From positions 32,001 to 96,000 of the forward strand of contig CAYLZE010000004.1 in the NCBI GenBank assembly GCA_964388035.1: a stretch of 64,000 nt of DNA. Reading direction: 5' to 3'. Both the position numbers and the translations under genes were made by a program. This DNA comes from an uncultured archaeon. Lineage in GTDB: Archaea > Asgardarchaeota > Lokiarchaeia > Sigyniarchaeales > SOKP01. Under the pieces are notes generated by a model. It saw nothing but the letters and a program-made list of their open reading frames with translations, did not search any database and was not told where the DNA came from. Of this stretch, positions 50,168 through 59,975 are shown piece by piece (the first letter of the stretch is position 1; each line of letters begins with the position of its first letter).

Positions 50168-51385
50168 GTGGAAAATTTGGAGGAATTAGACTGCGATATA
50201 ATTATCATAGGAGCTAGCATCGCAGGCAATTATTTAGCCTATTTATTATCTAAAAAAAAATACAGAATCATTATAATTGAGGAACATGAAAATATAGGGT
50301 TTCCCTTTCAGTGTGCCGGAATAGTCTCCAAAAAAATTAGCCATTTAATTAAGATTCCCTCACATATTATTCTTAATCAAGTGAAAATAGCAAAGCTAAT
50401 TTCTCCTTCTGGAACATCTATCAGCCTTAAGGGGGAGGAAAGTCCATATATTTTAGATAGAATCGCACTAGATAAACATTATTATAACCAAATAAAAGAT
50501 TTGAACAACGTGACTTATCTATTAGGGGAAAAATTTAAATCATTTGAATATTATCGCCACGATCATGCTAAATTCCTTCGAGTTACTACGTCAAAAAGAA
50601 CTGTAACGAGTAAGATGCTCATTGGTTGTGATGGACCATTATCTCTTGTAGCAAGGCAATTAGGGATTAAAAATCAGCTTATTTTTGCTTCCCAAGTAAG
50701 AATTAAAGCTGCATTTAATATGAATGAGGCGGTAATGATTTTTCATCCCGCCTGGAAAGAATTATTTGGTTGGATCGTTCCGGAAGGAAATGGAATTTGC
50801 AGAATAGGACTAGCATGCAAGAAACATCCCGCATCCAAATTTAAAAATCTTTTGAAATTTCTCAATTTAAATGAAAAAGAAATCATAAATCAACAGGGAG
50901 GGATTATTCCTTACGGTATGATGAACCGTTTAGCTTTTGATCATGTTCTATTATTGGGCGATGCTGCAGGGCAAGTAAAGGCCACGACAGGAGGAGGAAT
51001 CATCATGTTATTAACAGCAGCGAAATTTGCACTTCAAAGCATTGAAAAATGTTTTCAACTAAATGATTTTTCTCATTCCATGATAAAAGAATATTATCAA
51101 GATCCTTGTTATAATGAGATAGGATATCAATTAAAGCTTCATTATCTGCTCAGACTCTTGTTGCAAGACTTTACCATGAAGGACTATGATTTACTTTTTA
51201 AGATCATTAAAACTGCTAAGATTGAACAACTCATAAACCTATATGGTGATATGGATTATCCCAAGGAACTTTTTTTTAAATTAATCCGAAATCCAGCTGT
51301 TTTACAATTCTTACTTAACTTTCTTGGAAATAAAGCCTATCTCATTCCCAAAATTTTAAAAATTCTAATTAAGAAATTTGGTTAA
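50168..51385 (+). CDS. Geranylgeranyl reductase-family flavoprotein
   Basis: CAG, GCDG..S.VA, FGWIVP, LLGDAAGQVKATTGGGI. Confidence 0.9.
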   Translation: MENLEELDCDIIIIGASIAGNYLAYLLSKKKYRIIIIEEHENIGFPFQCAGIVSKKISHLIKIPSHIILNQVKIAKLISPSGTSISLKGEESPYILDRIALDKHYYNQIKDLNNVTYLLGEKFKSFEYYRHDHAKFLRVTTSKRTVTSKMLIGCDGPLSLVARQLGIKNQLIFASQVRIKAAFNMNEAVMIFHPAWKELFGWIVPEGNGICRIGLACKKHPASKFKNLLKFLNLNEKEIINQQGGIIPYGMMNRLAFDHVLLLGDAAGQVKATTGGGIIMLLTAAKFALQSIEKCFQLNDFSHSMIKEYYQDPCYNEIGYQLKLHYLLRLLLQDFTMKDYDLLFKIIKTAKIEQLINLYGDMDYPKELFFKLIRNPAVLQFLLNFLGNKAYLIPKILKILIKKFG

Positions 51386-51429
51386 TTGGATATATTATAC
51401 CTTAATTGAATTCATGTAAAGGAGGGTTT

Positions 51430-52005
51430 TTATTTAAGATCGGTAAATCTCGATACCATTTCATGACATAATGCTTGAAAAACATCTTCTACTTGTTTTC
51501 CCGATTTGGAGGAACACTCGATAAATTTAAACATGCCATGAGATTCACAAAATGCTTGAGCCTGTTCGATATCGACCGACCGATTCACCTCAAGATCTAA
51601 CTTGCTTCCTACTAAAATAAGCGGAATCATTTTCCGTCTTTCATATGCTTTTCTTAAAATAGAATACCAATTTTCAAGATTTAACAAACTACTATACCGA
51701 GTAATGTCATATACAAATATCCCTCCATTCGCGCCCTCTACGTAGCCAGGAATGAGGAAGCGAAAGCGATCCTCGCCAGCAAAATCCCACAACTGGAGAT
51801 AAACTTCTACTCCTTCAACATGTAAAACTCTCGATTTGAAATCCACACCGATTGTCATTTTGTAGGAATCTCTAAAAGTCCCAGTAATATATCGATTGAT
51901 TAATGTGGTCTTGCCAACCCCCCCGTCTCCAAAAATGCATATCTTAAAAAAAGCGGTTCTCTCTTCTTTCTTTTGCTTATATACCTTTTCTCTGCTTCTT
52001 GGGAT
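51430..52005 (-). CDS. Rab-like small GTPase; extends upstream of the called ATG
   Basis: In-frame upstream of ATG 51858 lies FKICIFGDGGVGKTTLINRYITG; IGVDF, WDFAGE, SKLD, ECSSK; proposed start ATC 52005 behind GAGGTG. Confidence 0.88.
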   Translation of the reverse strand: MPRSREKVYKQKKEERTAFFKICIFGDGGVGKTTLINRYITGTFRDSYKMTIGVDFKSRVLHVEGVEVYLQLWDFAGEDRFRFLIPGYVEGANGGIFVYDITRYSSLLNLENWYSILRKAYERRKMIPLILVGSKLDLEVNRSVDIEQAQAFCESHGMFKFIECSSKSGKQVEDVFQALCHEMVSRFTDLK

Positions 52006-52229
52006 GTCTCTAACACCTCGTCTAATATACTAAAATAGAAAAATATTCTTATTTATTTTTAATTTAGTTCCGTGACTATAGATTAAAAAGTATTTATATA
52101 ATAAAATTTTTTGTTTATCCCTCTTTTAAGAGATACTACTTAGAGGAAAATGATACCATGTTGAAAACCATTGAATTTTCTGCTTTTATACTTTTTCGCC
52201 GCTTATCATTCTATGCGTACGAAGGAACC

Positions 52230-52730
52230 TCATTTTAATACAAAATCTGAAGGATCAAAAGTCTCCGAGAAATACTCTTGAATGAAAAAAACCACGTTCA
52301 TCGTGCTGCTATAGACACGTCGAATGGATTGGAATAAATGATTAATCGATATGGTCCTGTCTTCAATAAAAATTTTATCAATTAATACAATCGTGTAATG
52401 TTGTGAAAAATCATAGGAATAATCTATTTCTGAGCGAAATAAAATTTTTTGTAAATTTTTTGAAAAAGCAACTTTATCTCGTTGCTCTAAAGCGTTGAAT
52501 GCCTGCCGATGTTGCGGAGATAAGGATGTACCTAACGTGATTTCAATGTAATGTTTCCCTTTCGGTTGAGTGACCATCATGAGTCGCCCCCGCTCATTTG
52601 GATATAAAAATCGAAACCCAAAATCAAAACGAGAATCCTTAATCTCTTCTTTTAATAATCCTCCAATATCCAGAATATATCCTCGAATCGTATCCTTGAA
52701 ATTAGATTGTGCACTCGACATGCCATCCAT
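52230..52730 (-). CDS. DUF2299-like hypothetical protein
   Basis: Size and motifs (LSPQHRQAF, DKIFIED) resemble archaeal DUF2299; recognised from memory only. Confidence 0.55.
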   Translation of the reverse strand: MDGMSSAQSNFKDTIRGYILDIGGLLKEEIKDSRFDFGFRFLYPNERGRLMMVTQPKGKHYIEITLGTSLSPQHRQAFNALEQRDKVAFSKNLQKILFRSEIDYSYDFSQHYTIVLIDKIFIEDRTISINHLFQSIRRVYSSTMNVVFFIQEYFSETFDPSDFVLK

Positions 52731-52925
52731 CTTATAATTCTTGTAGATTAACCTTTTTTGAAATCGTATCTAAATGAGAAACGTACTGTAATAATAATAA
52801 AGTCTTCCTATAAATATTATTATTAAATTGAACATGTGCCGTATTAAAGCTTCTTTGAAAGAATAACTACTAAGAAGAAGATAGAACGAGGAATTTTGAA
52901 TTGTAATGTCTAATGAAGCAGAAGA

Positions 52926-53459
52926 TTAAAATATTATTTTCCTTACTAAAGATTGAGCTAAATCAAAAAAGATATCCTCAACATTCTCTCCTGTTTTTGA
53001 GGAGCATTCTATGAGCTTAACTAAATCATAGTCTTTTACATAACTTTTTGCTTGTTCTGCCTCAACAGCCCTATAATTTTCTAAATCTAATTTGCCCCCG
53101 ACTAATATAATGGGAAAAAGCGTTGATTCTCCATATCCATCCTTAATAACTGAATACCAATTGGTTATATTCAATAAACTGCTCATTCGCGTGATATCGT
53201 ACATGAAAATTCCCCCTGAGGCGCCCGCAACATAATCCTGCATTAAGAAGCGAAATCTGTCCTCGCCTGCTAGATCCCAAATTTGAAGATATACCAGATA
53301 ATCATCAATTTGAATAATCTTTGATCTAAAATCTACCCCAATGGTCAGCTCAAAAGAGTCATCAAATAAACCTGTAACATATCTATTAATGAGCGTGGTT
53401 TTTCCTACTCCGCCGTCTCCAAAAATGCATATCTTAAAGCGCAAATCAGGTTGCTGCAT
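52926..53459 (-). CDS. Rab-like small GTPase
   Basis: GDGGVGKT, TIGVDF, WDLAGE, GKLD, ECSSK. Confidence 0.95.
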   Translation of the reverse strand: MQQPDLRFKICIFGDGGVGKTTLINRYVTGLFDDSFELTIGVDFRSKIIQIDDYLVYLQIWDLAGEDRFRFLMQDYVAGASGGIFMYDITRMSSLLNITNWYSVIKDGYGESTLFPIILVGGKLDLENYRAVEAEQAKSYVKDYDLVKLIECSSKTGENVEDIFFDLAQSLVRKIIF

Positions 53460-53696
53460 TTTCCTCTAATATGACCTTATTTACAATAAAAATAATATGA
53501 TTATAACAATCTAATATATTGTTAAAATAAAATAAAAATATAAATTTAAGCTTTTTTCCTCACGGGTTTTCTTAATTCCTTAATTTTCACGGGAAAAAAA
53601 CGATTTTCAAGTGTGATGTTGTCTTACTTAAATGACATAGCCATTTTCAAAAATCTTTCTTTCTCTCCAAAAAAAAATCAACAAACTTTTCTTTAG

Positions 53697-54156
53697 AAGA
53701 GTAAAGAAAGGACCAGACAAGAATTATTTAAGAGCCAAGATAGAGAGCAACAATTTTATGAAGCTTGGGCAGAAGTCATCACTGAAGATCTTGCTAATAA
53801 TCCCGATAGCGCAGTTAGTTATTACAGACCGATATTTACGGGAAAAGATGCAGTTGATATATCGATAGATCAAGTTAGAGCCGCCGTGTTAAATACTATA
53901 TTAGGGTCTCCCGAAACTGCTTTTACTTACTTTGGGAATGTTAACTTTTTCCGAAAGCAATGATTTCAATAAACACATTGAAATCGATTTTCTATATCAT
54001 CAATACATGGAACAAGTGAGTCTATTAAAAGATTTCGTAGACGTACCTAAGTTTGCGCTAAAATATCAACATGGAAGTGATTTAAAATACTCATCATCCC
54101 CGCAATGTAATACTAAAAATGAACAACATGCCACAAAATTAAATTCATATAGTTAA
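53697..54156 (+). pseudogene. Gene remnant without a start, frameshifted near 53930
   Basis: 88-codon open frame 53697-53963 (KSKERTRQELFK..YEAWAEVITEDL..) starts right after a stop and overlaps ORF 53932-54156 in another frame. Confidence 0.5.
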
Positions 54157-54384
54157 GAGAACGGTGAACATATAAAGATGATAATTTTAGAATATATTTC
54201 AAAATATTAAAAAAAAACATGGCACTAAAGCTGAATCGTTAAAAAATGCAAAAATATTGAAAAAATCATATTTTTCATAATTTTTATAAAACATATCAAA
54301 TTTCTCATCATAAGATTGATTCTCATTGAAGAAATAATTTACAATAATGTAAAAACCTATTTTTAACAATACAGAAATTATTTC

Positions 54385-56490
54385 GTGATCATGTTGTTTC
54401 AAGACTTTAATTTTAATACAGTCGGAAATCAATTTATTTTAATTTATTGGCTATTTTTTGCGTTGACCCTCATCCTTTCGCTTTTTGGTTTTATTTATAT
54501 TTTTTGGATAATCAAAAAGTTAAATAAGTTGGATAGTGGAACCGAAGAGATGATTAGGATTCACGATATCATTAAATCTGGCTCAAAAGCTTTTTTAAAG
54601 CGACAATATAGAACGGTAATCATTGTATTAGTGATTATTACCGCAATTCTATTTTTTATAAGCATGCCAATGGCAATTTCGTTTATTATCGGAGCAGTTT
54701 GTTCCATCATCGCAAGTTATATTAGCATGTTTTCTTCTACCATGGCAAATGTAAAAGTAACACAAGCTTGTAAAAAAAGCATTAAAGATGCCTTAAAAAT
54801 TGGCTTTGATTCGGGCTTGGTTACTGGTATTGCAGTAATATCCACTTCGTTACTGGGAATTTGTTTATTATACCTTTTTTTTGATTTAACTATTTCTCTT
54901 ATCGTCGGATTCGCATTTGGAGCATCCTTTTCCGCATTATTTGCCCAGTTAGGAGGTGGAATTTTTACCAAGGGTGCAGATATCGGAGCAGATATCGTGG
55001 GAAAGTTGGAAGAAAGACTACCAGAAGATGATTATCGGAATCCGGCAGTTATAGCCGATAACGTGGGAGACAATGTTGGTGATTGTGCGGGAAGAGGAGC
55101 CGATCTTTTTGAATCTTCTTCGGCAAATAATATTGGTGCCATGATCATCGGTGTTACCATAAGCGTGCTGTTGAATAATCCTCTATTTATTATTTTCTCA
55201 TTGATATCAAGAGCTCTTGGAAATTTTGCTGCCATTATAGGTGGTCATTTCGTAAAAATGGAAGATGAGAATTCGGATCCTGTCAAGGCATTTGGACGAG
55301 GGTTGATTACAACTTCAGTTTTTTGTTTTATTTTCTTTTTTTTCTTGACTTGGATTTCCTTTGGATCGTATTGGTGGATTCTATTTATTTGTTCGACGGT
55401 TGGAATTTTATTGGGTATTTCAACTTATTTTATCATAAATTACTATACCTCTTCTAAATTTCGACCTGTTCGAGAGATCATACGAAGTTCGGAAACGGGA
55501 CCCGCAACTAATGTTATAAATGGGTTCGCAGTAGGTTTGGAATCTACTATCCTTCCCATCATTACTTACGTTCTTGGAATTCTTATTTGTTTTGCGTTAG
55601 GATACAGTTATGGAGGCTTTTCTGGAATTGACCCATTTACTGCGGGAGTATATGGGGTGACGGTTGCAACGATGGGATTATTGGCAATGACTACCATCAT
55701 TTTAGGGTTTGATGGGTTTGGTCCCGTTTCAGATAACGCTGCAGGGATCGCTGAAATGACGCATTTGGGAAGAGACGTTCGGGAAAATCTGGATCGATTA
55801 GATTCCTTGGGCAATACGACGAAAGCATTAGCAAAAGGATTCGGAATGACCTGTGCGGCATTATCTGCAATTGTTTTATATGAGGCGTATTTAGAAGAAA
55901 CGCATCTAATTGATATCAATATTTACCATCCCATCATCATGGTCTCTTTATTAATAGGAGCTGCAACCCCCTATTACTTTTCGTCCTTAGCAATTAGGGC
56001 CACGGGAAAGTCCGCATATGCGATGATCAAAGAAATCCGTGAGCAATTCGTCAAAGATCCGGGCATTCTCGCAGGTACTTCCTCTCCGGATTATGAAAGT
56101 TGTATTGATATTGCTACTAAAGTCTCGCTAAAACAGATGATTTTTCCCGCGTTAATTTCAGTGATCACGCCTTTACTATTAGGCTTTTTATTTGGAACTG
56201 CCGCAATAGCTGCTTTTTTAATTTCAGGGACAATTTCGGGGATTTTATTAGGATTTTTGATGAATACTGGCGGGGGAGCTTTAGATAATGCTAAAAAAGC
56301 CATTGAAGCTGGGGAATTGGGAGGTAAAGGAACTACGGCCCACGCAGCAGCGATTGTGGGAGATACGTTTGGTGACCCTTTAAAAGATACGGCGGGTCCG
56401 TCCCTTCACGTGTTTATCAAGGTAATTAACACAATTTCCATTACTTTTGCTCCTTTCTTTCTCTTATATGGAGCTTTAATCGTATTTTAA
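54385..56490 (+). CDS. hppA: Membrane-bound ion-translocating pyrophosphatase (K+-independent signature)
   Basis: GGGIFTKGADIGADIVGKLE, DNVGDNVGD, GNTTKA, DNAKK, GDPLKDTAGP. Confidence 0.95.
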   Translation: MIMLFQDFNFNTVGNQFILIYWLFFALTLILSLFGFIYIFWIIKKLNKLDSGTEEMIRIHDIIKSGSKAFLKRQYRTVIIVLVIITAILFFISMPMAISFIIGAVCSIIASYISMFSSTMANVKVTQACKKSIKDALKIGFDSGLVTGIAVISTSLLGICLLYLFFDLTISLIVGFAFGASFSALFAQLGGGIFTKGADIGADIVGKLEERLPEDDYRNPAVIADNVGDNVGDCAGRGADLFESSSANNIGAMIIGVTISVLLNNPLFIIFSLISRALGNFAAIIGGHFVKMEDENSDPVKAFGRGLITTSVFCFIFFFFLTWISFGSYWWILFICSTVGILLGISTYFIINYYTSSKFRPVREIIRSSETGPATNVINGFAVGLESTILPIITYVLGILICFALGYSYGGFSGIDPFTAGVYGVTVATMGLLAMTTIILGFDGFGPVSDNAAGIAEMTHLGRDVRENLDRLDSLGNTTKALAKGFGMTCAALSAIVLYEAYLEETHLIDINIYHPIIMVSLLIGAATPYYFSSLAIRATGKSAYAMIKEIREQFVKDPGILAGTSSPDYESCIDIATKVSLKQMIFPALISVITPLLLGFLFGTAAIAAFLISGTISGILLGFLMNTGGGALDNAKKAIEAGELGGKGTTAHAAAIVGDTFGDPLKDTAGPSLHVFIKVINTISITFAPFFLLYGALIVF

Positions 56491-56513
56491 CTTGTTCATT
56501 GAGGTGGAAAAAA

Positions 56514-56987
56514 ATGTCAATTTTTAAAAAAATTTTGGTGGCTGTGGACGGGTCTGATGATAGTTATGAAGCAATACAATATGCGATTAAAATCGCAGAA
56601 CCCATGGAATCACACCTGGTCTTTTTATATATAATTACTGAGGATTATATTAAAAAAATTTATAGAGGAGAAGCGGAAATTAAAAAATCCTTAAGCCAAG
56701 TGGATGACATCATGCTTCTTCAAGCCAGAACGGAAGAAATTGGAAAAGCTGTTTTTAAAAGAATAGAGGATTATCTAAAGGAGCAAAATATTTCAATAAG
56801 TTTCGAGTTCAAGATGAGGAATGGAGACCCCAGAACAGAAATTGTGAGTGAAATCAACGAAACTCCTTATGATTTATGCGTTTTGGGAGCAAGATCCGCC
56901 AGTAGATCCTTCACCACGGTATTTGGTCGAATTTCAGATTATGTTATTAAAAATACGAAAATCCCAATTCTAATGATTCGAGCATAA
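56514..56987 (+). CDS. Universal stress protein (UspA family)
   Basis: FKKILVAVDGS, GDP..EI, DLCVLGAR, FGRISDYV...PILMI; ATG 56514 follows GAGGTG. Confidence 0.92.
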   Translation: MSIFKKILVAVDGSDDSYEAIQYAIKIAEPMESHLVFLYIITEDYIKKIYRGEAEIKKSLSQVDDIMLLQARTEEIGKAVFKRIEDYLKEQNISISFEFKMRNGDPRTEIVSEINETPYDLCVLGARSASRSFTTVFGRISDYVIKNTKIPILMIRA

Positions 56988-57191
56988 ATCAAACTATAAC
57001 GAATTTCTAAGAAATTAAGAATTAAATTTATTTTGTACTTTCTCTTTATTCTATTAAATTACTAATATTCACTACTCTTATACATGTAAAAGCATCATTC
57101 TTTAAATTGGGAAAAGATGACCCATTTTATCTTTTTTGGATAAAAAGTTACAACTCTTTAATTAACACCTGAAATGATATTTTTCTTCTAT

Positions 57192-57560
57192 TCATGGGGG
57201 ATGCAAAGTAAAAAAAGCAATATTTCCGGTAAGGATGAAAAATATAATCATGAACGCGATAATGGCTAAATCGGTAATTAAACCAACGATTTTAAGGCCT
57301 TTTGGAATTCCTAAATCGTCGTTTTTCCTCTGAATAAATGCCCTTACCATAGCGATAAGAAAGATGATTCCTACTAAAATTGAAATAATATATAAAAAAA
57401 TCGCAAACAATGCGTAAGTATAAATGGGACTGCCGTTTAAGGTTATATTGTTTAGAAACATCCAAAATGATACAATTAAATAGGTAGGAATTGCCAGATA
57501 AATTAATCCACTAATTAAAAAGATAAACCCCCATGCGATACCTTTAAGGGAAGTATTCAT
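57192..57560 (-). CDS. Small 3-TM hypothetical membrane protein
   Basis: Three hydrophobic segments; AGGTTGTGA SD-like element upstream. Confidence 0.7.
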   Translation of the reverse strand: MNTSLKGIAWGFIFLISGLIYLAIPTYLIVSFWMFLNNITLNGSPIYTYALFAIFLYIISILVGIIFLIAMVRAFIQRKNDDLGIPKGLKIVGLITDLAIIAFMIIFFILTGNIAFFTLHPP

Positions 57561-58001
57561 TTCTCACAACCTTTATCTAGTTATTTAATAAGAAGTAAGT
57601 ACAATTCATTAATTTATTGCTTGAATGGTAATATATTTAAAATATTAAAAATATTTTTCTCATTGGTTTAAAATATAGACTTGCTAGATTTTCACTTAAT
57701 TTTATAATAATGTTAAAATAACACGCTTTCAGATAATTGTTGCTTTTTCGGAAATAATATTGTGAACATGTAATTTACTTACCCCACATCAAAGAAGTGA
57801 TTCACTGTGAAAAGGATGATTATAAAATCTTCCTTATCATTCCATCATTTTTAATAAAGTGATGATGTTAAATTCTAAAGAAATGAAAATTTTAAGGGAA
57901 ATAAAATTTTAACTCTTGTAGATATCTGGTTATTTTACAATAATGATGGAAATCGAGATAATTTATTATTTTATTCAGAAATTATGTAAAGATTCTAATT
58001 A

Positions 58002-59159
58002 GTGATCAACTTGGATTTTGAATTAACAGATCAGCAGAAACTCATCAAAAGGAGTGTTAAGAACTTTGCAGAAGATGTGCTAGCTCCCATGGCGCCGGTA
58101 TTCGATCGAGAAGCTAAATTTAGCTGGGATATTGCAGAAAGATTGTCAGAAATTAATGCATGGGGTATACAGCTTCCTGAGAAATTCGGAGGATCTGAAT
58201 TAGATTCCATTAGCTATGTCATTGTTATAGAAGAAATCTCTAGAATTTGCGCCTCGACAGGCTTGACTCTCACGGTTCATAATTCCGTAGGTGCATATCC
58301 CATCTTAAAATGGGGTACGGAAGAACAAAAGGAGAAATATCTTTATGATTTAGCCAAAGGAAAAAAAATATCGGGATTTTCTTGGACAGAACCAAATGCT
58401 GGTTCAGATGCTGCTGGAATAGAATCAAAAGCTGTTCAAGAAGGTGATGTGTTTATCTTAAATGGGTCGAAAATATTTGTTACAAACGGAGGGATCGGGT
58501 CAGTAATGCTAATAGGTGCAAATTATGAAACTTCAAAAGGAGACAAGGGAATTGGTGTATTTATCGTTGAAAAAGATATGAAAGGATATGAAATTGGGCC
58601 CCCCGAAGATAAATTAGGAATGCGGGGTAATATTACTACCAGTCTTTATTTTCACGATGTAAGAATTCCGGAAGAGAACGTGTTAGGTAGTCTTACGGAG
58701 GGATTCAGAATTGCAATGAATACACTAGATATAGGGCGGATTGGCATTGCAGCACAAGCCTTAGGAATTGCACGAGCTGCATACGAACATTCCGTGGAAT
58801 ATTCTAAGGGACGCATTCAATTTGGAAAACCCATTTCTAACTTTCAAGGCATTTCTTTTAAATTAGCGGAAATGTCCACTAAAATTGATGCTGCACGCCT
58901 ACTCGTGTATAATGCTGCTTTTCTTAAAGATACGAAATCAAACTTTTCTAAAGCGTCCGCAACCTGCAAATTTTATGCTAGCAAGATTGCGCGAGAAATT
59001 TCTCAAGAAGCCATCCAGATTCACGGAGGGTATGGCTACATGAAAGATTTACCTCTAGAGCGCTATTATAGAGATGCAAAGGTAACCGAATTGTATGAAG
59101 GCACGAGTGAGATCATGAAATTGATTATATCCCGAGAATTGTTAAGAGGAAATTTATGA
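58002..59159 (+). CDS. Acyl-CoA (butyryl-CoA-like) dehydrogenase
   Basis: TEPNAGSD, LNGSKIFVTNG, KLGMRG, GRIGIAAQALG, QIHGGYGY, YEGTSE. Confidence 0.95.
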   Translation: MINLDFELTDQQKLIKRSVKNFAEDVLAPMAPVFDREAKFSWDIAERLSEINAWGIQLPEKFGGSELDSISYVIVIEEISRICASTGLTLTVHNSVGAYPILKWGTEEQKEKYLYDLAKGKKISGFSWTEPNAGSDAAGIESKAVQEGDVFILNGSKIFVTNGGIGSVMLIGANYETSKGDKGIGVFIVEKDMKGYEIGPPEDKLGMRGNITTSLYFHDVRIPEENVLGSLTEGFRIAMNTLDIGRIGIAAQALGIARAAYEHSVEYSKGRIQFGKPISNFQGISFKLAEMSTKIDAARLLVYNAAFLKDTKSNFSKASATCKFYASKIAREISQEAIQIHGGYGYMKDLPLERYYRDAKVTELYEGTSEIMKLIISRELLRGNL

Positions 59160-59974
59160 CAATGAGCTTAAAATTTTTTGTACTAATCAAACAAGTCCCT
59201 TCCACACAAAATTTAAAAATTGACAAGAAAAAAGGGACCATCATTAGAGAAGGAATTGAAAATATTATTAATCCTGATGATCTATATGCCTTAGAATTGG
59301 GTATTAGTTTAAGAGAACAATATGGTGGTAAAGTCACCGCAATGACCATGGGACCTCCTCAAGCAGAATTAGCCTTACGAGAAGCACTTGCCATGGGGGT
59401 GGATGATGCCATTTTGATTTCGGATCCCATATTTGCATATTCAGATACCCTGCAGACAACGCTGGTGCTTAAGGAAGCTTTTAATCTCATTGAGGAATAT
59501 GATATCATAATCACGGGAAGCAGAACTTCAGATTCCAGCACGGGACAAGTTCCTTTTCAATTATCGGAAGCACTTGATATTCCCTTAATCACGGATATTT
59601 TTTCCATGTCACTTGAAAACAATATCCTAAAAGCTCATAGAAATTTTGGACATGAATCTCAAAACATCGTTGTCAAATTTCCTATATTGATAAAGGTTGT
59701 TCGTCACTTTAATAAGCCCAGACATGTATCTTTATTGGGGATTAAAAGAGCTTTCGAAAAAAAAATACAGATTATAAATTTTAATACTTTAAATTGCCCT
59801 GCTCATTTGGATGGATGCAATCAATCCCCAACAAAAGTGGTTAAAATCGTTGAGATAACGCACGAAAGGAAAAATGAATTTATTCAAGGCAATGTCAATG
59901 AAAAATTAACTAAATTAATCACATTAATGAAAGAACATGGAATTGAGAAAACATGGACGGGAGGGAAAAATTAG
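59156..59974 (+). CDS. etfB: Electron transfer flavoprotein beta subunit
   Basis: IKQVP, INPDDLYALE, MGPPQA, ALAMGVD, SDTLQT, DSSTGQVP. Confidence 0.93.
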   Translation: MTMSLKFFVLIKQVPSTQNLKIDKKKGTIIREGIENIINPDDLYALELGISLREQYGGKVTAMTMGPPQAELALREALAMGVDDAILISDPIFAYSDTLQTTLVLKEAFNLIEEYDIIITGSRTSDSSTGQVPFQLSEALDIPLITDIFSMSLENNILKAHRNFGHESQNIVVKFPILIKVVRHFNKPRHVSLLGIKRAFEKKIQIINFNTLNCPAHLDGCNQSPTKVVKIVEITHERKNEFIQGNVNEKLTKLITLMKEHGIEKTWTGGKN

Positions 59975-59975
59975 A

